64,000 bases of DNA from Deltaproteobacteria bacterium (lineage in GTDB: Bacteria; Myxococcota_A; UBA9042; PHBI01). Of the stretch, positions 38,984 through 47,363 are shown in pieces. The translations under genes were made by a program, and so were the position numbers. Under the pieces are notes generated by a model, which ran no database searches, was not told the DNA's origin, and was given only the letters and a program-made list of their open reading frames with translations. Position 1 is the first letter of the stretch, and each line of letters starts with the position of its first letter. The stretch lies in assembly GCA_020632715.1 (NCBI GenBank), contig JACKFA010000010.1:15328-79327 (forward strand), in the 5' to 3' direction.

Positions 38984-40048
38984 ATGACGTCTCTCGGGGC
39001 CTTGGCACGCAACGTGCTCAGCGCACCCCTCGGACCTATGCGCCCAGAGCTCTCCCAGCGCCTCCCCGGAGGCAACGACACCGCAGAGGACGTGCTTCTC
39101 GATCCGCGAAGCGCCGCCATGCGGACCGTCATGCACCTCGCCCGCGAGGTCGCGAAGGGCGGCACGTCCGTCCTCCTCACGGGCGAGACCGGCACCGGCA
39201 AGGAGGTCCTCGCCCGCTACGTCCACGCCTGCTCGCCGCGCGCGAAGCGGCCGTTCGTCGCGCTCAACTGCGGCGCGCTGCCTGCGCAGCTCGTCGAGAG
39301 CGAGCTCTTCGGCCACGAGCGCGGCGCCTTCTCGGGCGCCATCGAGCGGCGCGTCGGCTACTTCGAGGCGGCGCACACGGGCACGCTCCTCCTCGACGAG
39401 GTGAGCGAGCTCCCGCAGGCGCTCCAGACGCGGCTCCTGCGCGTCCTCCAGGAGCGGCAGATCCAGCGCGTCGGCGCGAGCCGCCCGATCGACGTCGACG
39501 TGCGCGTCGTCGCCACGACGAACCGCGATCTGCGCGCCATGGTCGAGGCCGGCGAGTTCCGGAAGGACCTCTTCTATCGCCTGAACGTCTTCCCGATCGA
39601 GGTCCCGCCGCTGCGCGCGCGCAAGGACGACCTCGACGACCTCGTCGCGACCCTCCTCGGGCGCCTGCGACCGGGCCAGGATCCGCTCCCGGACCTCACC
39701 CTCGCGGCCCGCGAGCGCCTCCGTCGCCACGACTTCCCGGGCAACGTGCGCGAGCTCGCCAACCTCCTCGAGCGCGCGCTGATCCTCACGGGGGGCGACG
39801 GCCCGATCGACGCCGCGCACCTCCTGCTCGAGCCGCTCGCCGCCCCGGAGGACGCCGCGCCGCACGCCGGCGCGACCCTCGAGCACCTCGAGCGGCGGCA
39901 GATCCTCCGCGTCCTGTCGGACTGCGGCGGCAACCGCACCCACGCGTCGCGGCGGCTCGGGATCAGCCTCCGCACGCTCCGGAACAAGCTCCGCGACTAC
40001 CGCCACCACGGCGTCCCGATCCCCGAGGCCGCCGGCTCCGCGCGCTGA
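38984..40048 (+). CDS. Second sigma54-dependent activator (AAA+ plus HTH), no receiver domain; the start may be ATG 39038
   Basis: Walker A GETGTGKE, ELFGHERGAFSGA, LLLDEVSE, FPGNVRELAN, and HTH NRTHASRRLGISLRTLRNKL. Only about 30-45 residues precede the AAA+ core. Confidence 0.85.
   Translation: MTSLGALARNVLSAPLGPMRPELSQRLPGGNDTAEDVLLDPRSAAMRTVMHLAREVAKGGTSVLLTGETGTGKEVLARYVHACSPRAKRPFVALNCGALPAQLVESELFGHERGAFSGAIERRVGYFEAAHTGTLLLDEVSELPQALQTRLLRVLQERQIQRVGASRPIDVDVRVVATTNRDLRAMVEAGEFRKDLFYRLNVFPIEVPPLRARKDDLDDLVATLLGRLRPGQDPLPDLTLAARERLRRHDFPGNVRELANLLERALILTGGDGPIDAAHLLLEPLAAPEDAAPHAGATLEHLERRQILRVLSDCGGNRTHASRRLGISLRTLRNKLRDYRHHGVPIPEAAGSAR
39003..39017 (+). promoter_or_regulatory. Candidate sigma54 promoter TGGCACGCAACGTGC
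   Basis: Perfect -24 TGGCACG and correct GG-N10-GC spacing, with -12 GTGC rather than TTGC. It lies inside the 5' end of the longest ORF of the downstream activator, 21 nt before the in-frame ATG 39038. Confidence 0.35.
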
Positions 40049-40088
40049 CGCGCGGCGCCGGGAACAGAGAGAGAGAGAAGAGGCCGTC

Positions 40089-40535
40089 ATGTCCCTGACC
40101 AGCGACAACATCAACCTGACGCTCAAGGCCGCGCTCGACGTGCGCTACCAGCGTCAGGAGGTGCTCGCGAACAACGTCGCGAACGCCGACACCCCGGGCT
40201 TCCGCCCGGAGGACCTGGAGTTCGACGGGGTGCTGCAGCGCGAGATCGGCGGCCCCTCGCCCCTCGGCCACACCGACGGCGCCCACCTCGACGAGACGGG
40301 GCACCTCGGGATGGGGGCGCGCGCGAGCTTCGTCGGCGGCGCGGACGCCGGCGTCGCGCAGCAGGATCTGCGCGAGCGCCCCGATCGCCTCGACACGCTC
40401 GACGGCAACGGCGTCGACATGGACCGCGAGATGGCCCGGGTGGCCGACAACGCCATGCAATACAAGGCCGCGATGGAGGTCATGCGCCGTCGCGTCGGGA
40501 TCCTGAAGCTCGCCATCACGGACATGAGCCGCTGA
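40089..40535 (+). CDS. flgB: Flagellar proximal rod protein FlgB
   Basis: N-terminus RQEVLANNVANADTPGFRP and C-terminus DGNGVDMDREMARVADNAMQYKAAMEV. Purine-rich SD upstream. Confidence 0.9.
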   Translation: MSLTSDNINLTLKAALDVRYQRQEVLANNVANADTPGFRPEDLEFDGVLQREIGGPSPLGHTDGAHLDETGHLGMGARASFVGGADAGVAQQDLRERPDRLDTLDGNGVDMDREMARVADNAMQYKAAMEVMRRRVGILKLAITDMSR

Positions 40536-40568
40536 AGGTGACCGGGGACGCGAGGAGGAGGTGACGAC

Positions 40569-40976
40569 ATGTCGATGATCAAAGGTTTCGGGATCCTGTC
40601 GACCGGGATGAGCGCGCAGCGGACGCGCCTCGACGTCGTCAGCTCGAACCTCGCGAACGCGAACACGACGCGCACCGCCGAGGGCGGGCCGTACAAGCGG
40701 CAGATCCCCGTGTTCGAGAGCGTCGGCGAGGACCCGGACGGCGTCGGGCTCGGCGTGCAGGTCCAGAGCGTCGAGACCGACCCCACCGAGGGGCCCATCG
40801 TCTACGACCCCGGTCACCCCGACGCGGACGCGCAGGGCTACGTCCACCTGCCGAACGTGAACGTGGTCGAGGAGATGGTCGACATGATGACGGCCGCGCG
40901 CTCCTTCGAGGCGAACACGCAGGCGTTCCAGACGCTCCGCGACATGATCCAGCAGGCCATCAACCTCGGGAGGTAG
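40569..40976 (+). CDS. flgC: Flagellar proximal rod protein FlgC
   Basis: RLDVVSSNLANANTTRT and YVHLPNVNVVEEMVDMMTAARSFEANTQAF. Confidence 0.92.
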   Translation: MSMIKGFGILSTGMSAQRTRLDVVSSNLANANTTRTAEGGPYKRQIPVFESVGEDPDGVGLGVQVQSVETDPTEGPIVYDPGHPDADAQGYVHLPNVNVVEEMVDMMTAARSFEANTQAFQTLRDMIQQAINLGR

Positions 40977-40982
40977 GCGCTC

Positions 40983-41339
40983 ATGGCGACCATCGACGCA
41001 GTGACGAGCATGCTCGGGCGAGGCGCCGGCATCGACCCGAGCCAGGGCAAGCCCCCGGTCGACCAGGGGCGCGCCATCGCGGCGCCGGGGCTCACGCTCC
41101 CCGACGACGCCAAGGGCGACGGCGGCTTCGCGGGGGTGCTGGCGAAGGCGCTCGACGGCGTGAACGCCGTTCACGGGACGGCGGACGTGAAGGCCATGGA
41201 CATGGTCCAGGGCAAGGACGTGCCGATCCACGACGTGATGGCGGCGGTGAGCGAGGCGGAGATCGCCGTGCAGCTCACGACCGCGATCGCCTCGAAGGCG
41301 ATCGCCGCCTACCAGGAGATCTGGCGGATGGATGTGTAA
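40983..41339 (+). CDS. fliE: Flagellar hook-basal body protein FliE
   Basis: C-terminus IHDVMAAVSEAEIAVQLTTAIASKAIAAYQEIWRMDV. Size and position (after flgC) fit FliE. Confidence 0.88.
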   Translation: MATIDAVTSMLGRGAGIDPSQGKPPVDQGRAIAAPGLTLPDDAKGDGGFAGVLAKALDGVNAVHGTADVKAMDMVQGKDVPIHDVMAAVSEAEIAVQLTTAIASKAIAAYQEIWRMDV

Positions 41340-41375
41340 CGATGAGGCGAGACTTCGGGATGGTTCGATCCCGCC

Positions 41376-41452
41376 GCGGAGGCGCGGCGGCGCGGAGGGA
41401 CCGCGGAGAGGCCAAGGTCCTCCGTGCTCCTCCGTGTCTCCGTGTCTCCGTG
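41376..41452 (+). promoter_or_regulatory. fliE-fliF intergenic repeats: 3x GCGGAG(R)G followed by 4x CTCCGTG (mutually complementary cores)
   Basis: GCGGAGG at 41376, GCGGAGGG at 41392 and GCGGAGAGG at 41403. CTCCGTG at 41420, 41430, 41438 and 41446. The fliF SD GGAGAG is at about 41483. Confidence 0.5.
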
Positions 41453-41494
41453 GTTACCGACGAGATCAGCTGAGCTAGGCCCGACGGAGAGACC

Positions 41495-43174
41495 ATGGCC
41501 GACGAGCCCACACAGAACGCGAACCCCACGCCCGAAGGCGGCGACCGCCCCGGCGGGATCGCCGGCCTGCGCCAGGCCTTCATGCGCCTCCCGCGCGAGC
41601 GGCGCTGGCTCATCGCGGGCGTCGCCGCGGCCGCGCTCGCCGGGCTCCTCTTCATCGTGATGGCCGGCGGGGGCGACGAGTACAAGACCGTCGCGCGCGG
41701 GCTCACCGCCGAGGACCTCGACGCCGCCACGAAGACCCTCGACGCGAAGAAGATCCCCTACAAGCTCGAGGACCAGAACGCCATCGCCGTCCCGCCCGAG
41801 CAGATCCACGAGGCGCGCCTCGCGCTCGCCGTCGGCACCATGCCGAGCGGCCACGTCGTCGGCTTCGAGATCTTCGACGAGGCGGAGATGGGCCGCAGCG
41901 CCTTCTCCGAGAAGGTGAACTACCACCGCGCGCTCGAGGGCGAGCTCGCGCGCACCATCCGCACCATCGAGGGCATCGATCGCGCGCGCGTCCACCTCGT
42001 CATCCCGGCGCAGCGCGTCTTCCGCGAGCTCGACGTCGAGCCGAGCGCCTCGGTCATCGTCTCGATGCACCCGGGCTTCGAGCTGAACCCGCGCCAGGCC
42101 GCCGCCATCCGCCAGCTCGTCGCCGGCGCCGTCGAGCGCCTGAAGCCGAACCAGGTCGCGATCGTGGACCAGTACGGCTCGATGCTCGCGCGCCCCGAGT
42201 CGGCCGACATGCTCGGCAACGCCAACTTCGAGCAGCAGTCCGACCTCGAGCGCCAGACCGAGCAGCGCGTCGTCTCGCTCCTCGAGCCGGTCGTCGGCGC
42301 GGGCAAGGTCCGCGCGCGCGTCGCCATCACGATGGACTACGCGCACGTCATCGAGACCAAGGAGACCTACAACCCCGACGGGCAGGTCGTCCGCAGCGAG
42401 CGCGAGCAGACCGAGAAGAGCGAGAACCTCGACGCCGGCGCCGGCCAGGGCGCGCCAGGCACCGCCTCGAACCTGCCGGCGCGCCCCGGCGCCCGGGGCA
42501 ACAACGCCGGCGGGAACCGCGCCTCCAAGGAGGCGACCGACACCATCCGCAACTACGACATCGACAAGAGCGTCGTCCGCCGCGAGAACCCGCTCCCGCG
42601 GGTCGAGAAGATGTCGGTCGCCGTGCTCGTGGACCAGGCCCCCGACGGCGCCGGCGGCGTGCGCCCGCGCACCGAGGAGGAGATCGCGCAGTACCAGGCC
42701 CTCGTGTCGCGCGCGGTCGGCATCGACGCGGCCCGCGGCGACCAGATCGAGGTCGTCTCCGTGGCCTTCGCGGCGCCCGAGAGCTTCGAGGAGCCCACGA
42801 CCGAGCCCGAGACGCCGGCGCCCTTCTACGAGAACCCGCTCATCCTCGCGATCGCGGGCGGCGGGCTCCTGCTCCTCATCCTGCTCGTGACGGTGCTCCT
42901 GTGGCTCCGCCGCCGGAAGAAGCGCCGCCAGGAGATCGCCGCCGCGTCGAAGGGCCTCGACCTCGTCATCGACGAGCCGATCGACCTCGACCCGTCGCAG
43001 GACGTGCTCGACCGTCGGAAGCGCATCACGGCGCTCCGCGAGCGCGCCGTGGAGCTCGCCAACGAGGACATCCGCCGCCTCGGCGTGGTCTTCGAGCACT
43101 GGTTCGAGCAGGCGCGCGTGGAGGCCGAGGAGGCCGCCGAGGCTGAGGAGAAGGAGCAGGAGGAGGCCGCCTGA
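41495..43174 (+). CDS. fliF: Flagellar MS-ring protein FliF
   Basis: N-terminal TM segment, then LDAKKIPYKLEDQNAIAVPPEQIHEARLALA, FSEKVNYHRALEGELARTI and RVHLVIP. Second TM segment and acidic C-terminus. Confidence 0.92.
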   Translation: MADEPTQNANPTPEGGDRPGGIAGLRQAFMRLPRERRWLIAGVAAAALAGLLFIVMAGGGDEYKTVARGLTAEDLDAATKTLDAKKIPYKLEDQNAIAVPPEQIHEARLALAVGTMPSGHVVGFEIFDEAEMGRSAFSEKVNYHRALEGELARTIRTIEGIDRARVHLVIPAQRVFRELDVEPSASVIVSMHPGFELNPRQAAAIRQLVAGAVERLKPNQVAIVDQYGSMLARPESADMLGNANFEQQSDLERQTEQRVVSLLEPVVGAGKVRARVAITMDYAHVIETKETYNPDGQVVRSEREQTEKSENLDAGAGQGAPGTASNLPARPGARGNNAGGNRASKEATDTIRNYDIDKSVVRRENPLPRVEKMSVAVLVDQAPDGAGGVRPRTEEEIAQYQALVSRAVGIDAARGDQIEVVSVAFAAPESFEEPTTEPETPAPFYENPLILAIAGGGLLLLILLVTVLLWLRRRKKRRQEIAAASKGLDLVIDEPIDLDPSQDVLDRRKRITALRERAVELANEDIRRLGVVFEHWFEQARVEAEEAAEAEEKEQEEAA

Positions 43175-44295
43175 TGAGCGCGAACCCCGCCCCGCAGAAG
43201 GAGCCGGCCGGCGACAAGGGCGCCGCGGCCGGCGGCGACAAGGGCGCCTCGGCCGCCGGGATCCCGGGGATGCCGTCGAAGGCGACGTCGTCCACCGAGC
43301 CCGAGGCGAAGGTCGAGATCCCGCCGATGCGGCGCGCGGCCATCGCGGTGCTGCTCCTCGGCGACGAGCTCGCGAAGAAGCTCTTCCGCCAGTTCCAGGC
43401 GACCGACGTGCGGAACCTGCTGCAGGCGGCGAACCGCCTGCGCGGCGTCACCGAGGACGAGGTGCTGACGGTCCTCGAGGACCTCGTGAACGAGCTCGAG
43501 GAGGGCGTCCCCGGCGTCTCCGGGCACGGGCACCGCATCGAGGAGGCGGCGGTCAGCGTCTTCGGCGCCGACCTCATCCGCGCCGTCGCGACGAAGGAGG
43601 TCGCCGGCATCGCGATGCACATCCACAACATCGCGAGCGAGAAGCCGGACCTCTTCGCGCGGACGCTCGCGAAGGAGCACCCGCAGACGGTCGCGGTCAT
43701 CCTCACGATGCTCCCGCCGGACGTCGGCGCGCGGGTGCTGCGCCACCTCCCGAAGGACATCAAGGTCGACGTGGTGCGCCGCGTCGCGCAGCTGCGGTCG
43801 GTGTCGTCGGCGGTGCTCGCCGACGTCACGGAGACCGTCGGGAAGGAGTTCAAGTCGCCCGAGAAGCACGGCCCCATCAACATCGACGGCATGGACATGG
43901 CCGTGAAGCTCCTGAAGGGGGTCGGGGCGGCCGACGAGCAGCGGATCCTCGAGGGGCTGTCCGAGGTCGACGGCGACATGACCGAGTCGATCAAGGCGAA
44001 GCTCTTCACGTTCGAGGACCTGAAGCTCCTCCACGACCGCGAGATCCAGACCCTCATGCGCGAGATCGACCAGCGCGTGCTGCCGGTCGCGCTCAAGAAC
44101 GCCTCGCCCGAGGTGCAGGCCAAGCTCCTCAACAACGTGTCCAAGCGCGCGGCGCAGATGCTCAAGGACGACATCGCCGCCATGGGGCCGACGACGCTCG
44201 CCCAGGTCGAGGCCGCGCAGGCGCAGATCATCGCGCAGGTCATGGCGCTGGCCGCCGAGGGCAAGGTCAACCCGCGGCCGGGTGACACCGTATGA
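43174..44295 (+). CDS. fliG: Flagellar motor switch protein FliG (with a ~50-aa Gly/Ala/Lys-rich N-terminal extension)
   Basis: RRAAIAVLLLGDELAKKLF, KEHPQTVAVILTMLPP, and C-terminal FTFEDLKLLHDREIQTLMREID...LKNASPEVQAKLLNNVSKRAAQMLKDDI. Confidence 0.92.
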   Translation: MSANPAPQKEPAGDKGAAAGGDKGASAAGIPGMPSKATSSTEPEAKVEIPPMRRAAIAVLLLGDELAKKLFRQFQATDVRNLLQAANRLRGVTEDEVLTVLEDLVNELEEGVPGVSGHGHRIEEAAVSVFGADLIRAVATKEVAGIAMHIHNIASEKPDLFARTLAKEHPQTVAVILTMLPPDVGARVLRHLPKDIKVDVVRRVAQLRSVSSAVLADVTETVGKEFKSPEKHGPINIDGMDMAVKLLKGVGAADEQRILEGLSEVDGDMTESIKAKLFTFEDLKLLHDREIQTLMREIDQRVLPVALKNASPEVQAKLLNNVSKRAAQMLKDDIAAMGPTTLAQVEAAQAQIIAQVMALAAEGKVNPRPGDTV

Positions 44296-45170
44296 CGAAG
44301 CCCTCGCCGACCCTCGACGTGAAGCCCTGGAGCTTCGGACAGCACGCGCCGTCCGAGCAGAAGCCGGGGTTCATGCGCGGGGGGAACCGCGAGCGCGTCG
44401 TCACCTGGGTGCCGGGCGGCGAGGTCACCGAGTCGCCGCCGCCCCCGCCCGCCGCGAAGGCCCCCGCGAAGCCGGCCGCCGCCGCGACCGGGAAGGGCGC
44501 CGCGCCCCCGCCGCCGGGTGGCGGCGCGAAGAGCGAGGCGCCAAAGCACTCGCCGGCCCCCGAGCCGCCCGAGGAGGAGGACGCCGCGCCGGTCGTCCCG
44601 CCGGGGTCGCTCATCGTCAGCGAGGCGGACCTCGAGGCGCGCGAGCAGGAGCTCGTGGACGTGCTGCGGGAGCCGTATCGCGCGGCCGCGCGCGACCTCA
44701 AGGGCGCGATCATCGAGCTCCAGCAGCGGCTCCACGAGGACCTCGTCGACCTCGCGGGGCGCTTCGCGCAGGCGCTCATCTACCGCGAGGTGCGCCTCGA
44801 CCGGGGCATCATGCTCGACATCGCGCACCGCGCGCTGCGCATGGCCGGCACGATGGAGCGCGTCGTCATCAAGTGCAGCGAGGAGGACGCGCCGGTCCTC
44901 CGCGAGGAGCTCGGCGACCTCGCGCGGAGCGAGGCGGGGCAGGCCGTCGAGGTCGTGGTGCGGCCGTCGGACGACATCGACGTCGGCGGGTGCCTGCTCA
45001 CGTTCGAGGGCGGGATCGTCGACGCGCGCAACGAGAAGCGCCTCGAGCGCCTGATGGAGGTCGTGAAGGCCGCCGTCTCCGACGCGCCGGTGGCCGAGGC
45101 CCACGGGAGCACGCACCCGCCGGCGCCGGCGCCGCCCGCCGCCGAGGAGCGCGAGGAGGGGCCGACGTGA
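44292..45170 (+). CDS. fliH: Flagellar assembly protein FliH (Pro/Ala-rich insert)
   Basis: Position between fliG and fliI with coupled starts (ATGA at the 5' end, GTGA at the 3' end). The C-terminal half LVDLAGRFAQALIYREV...VVVRPSDDIDVGGCLLTFEGGIVDA is typical of FliH. Confidence 0.8.
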   Translation: MTKPSPTLDVKPWSFGQHAPSEQKPGFMRGGNRERVVTWVPGGEVTESPPPPPAAKAPAKPAAAATGKGAAPPPPGGGAKSEAPKHSPAPEPPEEEDAAPVVPPGSLIVSEADLEAREQELVDVLREPYRAAARDLKGAIIELQQRLHEDLVDLAGRFAQALIYREVRLDRGIMLDIAHRALRMAGTMERVVIKCSEEDAPVLREELGDLARSEAGQAVEVVVRPSDDIDVGGCLLTFEGGIVDARNEKRLERLMEVVKAAVSDAPVAEAHGSTHPPAPAPPAAEEREEGPT

Positions 45171-46549
45171 GCTTGCCGTGGGCCCACATCGACCAGGCGC
45201 TGAGCGAGGTGCAGCCCATCTCGCTCTCCGGCCGCGTCGTGCGCGTGAGCGGGCTCGTGGTCGAGGGGACGCTGCCGCGCGCGCGCCTCGGGATGCTCTG
45301 CCGCCTCATGGTGCGGGGGGACGACGAGGGCGTGCCGGCCGAGGTCGTGGCGCTGCGCGAGGACACGTGCTCGCTGATGCCGCTGCGGTCGGTGTCGGGG
45401 ATCACGGCGGGGACGCCCATCGAGCCGCTCGAGACGTCGCCGGCGGTGCCGGTGAGCTACCAGCTCATCGGGCGCGTCGTCGACGCCTGGGGGAACCCGA
45501 TCGATGGCGGGAAGCGGATCCGCGCGCTCCGGCGCTACCCGCTCCAGCCGGGGCCGCTGAACCCGATGGAGCGCACGATGGTGGAGCGGCCGCTGCCGAT
45601 GGGGATCACCGCCATCGACACGCTGCTCACGTGCGGCGAGGGGCAGCGCATCGTCATCATGGCGGGCGCGGGCGTCGGCAAGAGCACGCTCCTCGGCATG
45701 CTCGCGAAGAACAGCGACGCGGACGTCACGATCATCGCGCTCATCGGCGAGCGCTCGCGCGAGGTGAAGCGCTTCGTCGTGAAGGAGCTCGGGCCGCGCG
45801 GGCTCGAGAAGGCCGTGGTCGTGAGCGCGACGAGCGACACGGCCGTGGCGCTCCGGATCCGCGCCGCCTACGCGGCGACCGCGCTCGCCGAGTACTTCCG
45901 CGACGAGGGCAAGCGGGTGCTCCTGCTGATGGACTCGCTCACGCGCGTCTGCATGGCGCAGCGCGAGCTCGGGCTCGCGACGGGGGAGCCGCCGACGACG
46001 CGCGGCTACCCGCCGTCGGCGTTCGCGATCATCCCGCGGCTCCTCGAGCGCGCGGGGCAGGGGACGGGCGAGGGGTCGATCACGGCGTTCTACACGGCTT
46101 TGTTGGAAGGCGACGACACGAACGACCCCATCGGCGACGCGGTTCGCGCGGTGACCGACGGCCACATCGTGCTCTCGCGCTCGCTCGCCGAGCGCGGGCA
46201 CTTCCCGGCGATCGACGTGCTCGCGTCGACGAGCCGCGTGATGCCGGACGTGGTCGACGCGGCGCACCGGCGCGCGGCGGCGACCGTGCGGCGGACGCTC
46301 GCGGACCTGCGCGAGGCGCAGGAGCTCGTGTCGTTCGGCGCGTACCGGCAGGGGGAGGTCGCGCGCTTCGACCGCGCGCTCGGGGCCGACGAGGAGCTCC
46401 GGGACCTGCTGACGCAGGCGAGCGAGGGGGAGCGGCGCCCGCTCGAGGCGGAGCGGCAGAAGATCATCCAGCTCGCGCAGAAGCTCGAGCCGGGGCGCGG
46501 CGCGGGCGGCGGGGGCCGGCGCGCCGGGGAGGGGGCCGATGCGGCGTGA
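45167..46549 (+). CDS. fliI: Flagellum-specific ATPase FliI
   Basis: Walker A GAGVGKSTLLGM and Walker B RVLLLMDSLTR, plus GEPPTTRGYPPSAF and GSITAFYTALLEGDD. The GTG start overlaps the fliH stop. Confidence 0.93.
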   Translation: MSLPWAHIDQALSEVQPISLSGRVVRVSGLVVEGTLPRARLGMLCRLMVRGDDEGVPAEVVALREDTCSLMPLRSVSGITAGTPIEPLETSPAVPVSYQLIGRVVDAWGNPIDGGKRIRALRRYPLQPGPLNPMERTMVERPLPMGITAIDTLLTCGEGQRIVIMAGAGVGKSTLLGMLAKNSDADVTIIALIGERSREVKRFVVKELGPRGLEKAVVVSATSDTAVALRIRAAYAATALAEYFRDEGKRVLLLMDSLTRVCMAQRELGLATGEPPTTRGYPPSAFAIIPRLLERAGQGTGEGSITAFYTALLEGDDTNDPIGDAVRAVTDGHIVLSRSLAERGHFPAIDVLASTSRVMPDVVDAAHRRAAATVRRTLADLREAQELVSFGAYRQGEVARFDRALGADEELRDLLTQASEGERRPLEAERQKIIQLAQKLEPGRGAGGGGRRAGEGADAA

Positions 46550-47363
46550 GGATCGCGGATGGTGGGTGGCGCTCGTCGCGGTGGCGATCCTCGCCGGCGG
46601 CGTGTTCGCCGCGTCGCGGCTCGCGTTCGGCGAGGGGCCGAAGGACGGGCGGCCGGAGACGCCGCCGGTCATCGACAAGACGCCGACCGCGTCGGCGCCG
46701 GGCGCGAAGGCGGGCGGGGCGGCGACGACCGCGGCCGCGCCTGCGCCGCCGGGGCCCGTGACGCCGTCGGGCGCGGCGGTGGCGGCGGCGGTGGCGGACG
46801 ACAACGCGACGCCCGCGACGGCGGCGGCGCCGCCCGCGGTGCCGCTCGAGCAGAAGGCGGGGCCGACCAGGCTCTGGGCGCTCGACCTCGTGGAGCGCGA
46901 GGCGGCGCTGGCTGGTGAGAAGGAGGCGCTCGCGAAGGAGCAGGAGGCGCTCGCGGCGCGGGTCGCGGCGCTCGAGCTGCAGAACCGCGACCTCGAGGCG
47001 CGGAAGGCGCAGGTCGCGGACCTCGCGAAGGCGGTGGGGGCGCAGTGGGACGCGCAGGCGGCGCGGCTCACGACGCCGGACCCGAACGCGATCGTGCTCC
47101 CGGCGAACACGGTCGAGGCGAACGCGCAGCTCGACCTCGTCGCGAGCATCATCAAGAAGATGAAGCCGAAGGCGGCGGCGGAGCTCATGCAGACGTGGAA
47201 GGACCCGCTGCAGGTCGACATCCTCGGGCGGCTCCAGCCGCGCGTGTCGTCGGCCATCCTGAACGTCTACGACCCGACCATCGGCGGGCGCGTCACGACC
47301 GAGCTCGCGCGGCTCGGCCTGCCGACGCCCATCCCGGCGGTCGCGAAGGAGGGAGCGAAGTGA
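46539..47363 (+). CDS. MotE/YlxF/FlbB-family flagellar protein (TM, coiled coil, MgtE_N-like domain)
   Basis: N-terminal TM WWVALVAVAILAGGVFAA, coiled coil EREAALAGEKEALAKEQEALAARVAALELQNRDLEARKAQV, and C-terminal IIKKMKPKAAAELMQTW...ILGRLQPRVSSAIL. Its position between fliI and fliK matches B. subtilis ylxF. Confidence 0.6.
   Translation: MRREDRGWWVALVAVAILAGGVFAASRLAFGEGPKDGRPETPPVIDKTPTASAPGAKAGGAATTAAAPAPPGPVTPSGAAVAAAVADDNATPATAAAPPAVPLEQKAGPTRLWALDLVEREAALAGEKEALAKEQEALAARVAALELQNRDLEARKAQVADLAKAVGAQWDAQAARLTTPDPNAIVLPANTVEANAQLDLVASIIKKMKPKAAAELMQTWKDPLQVDILGRLQPRVSSAILNVYDPTIGGRVTTELARLGLPTPIPAVAKEGAK

Noticed and set aside
41355-41378. GGGATGGTTCGATCCCGCC, which resembles a tRNA T-arm
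   Set aside because: The loop is 6 nt, not the canonical 7-nt TTCRANY. No complementary acceptor 5' strand, D-arm or anticodon arm can be found upstream, where the fliE coding sequence lies.
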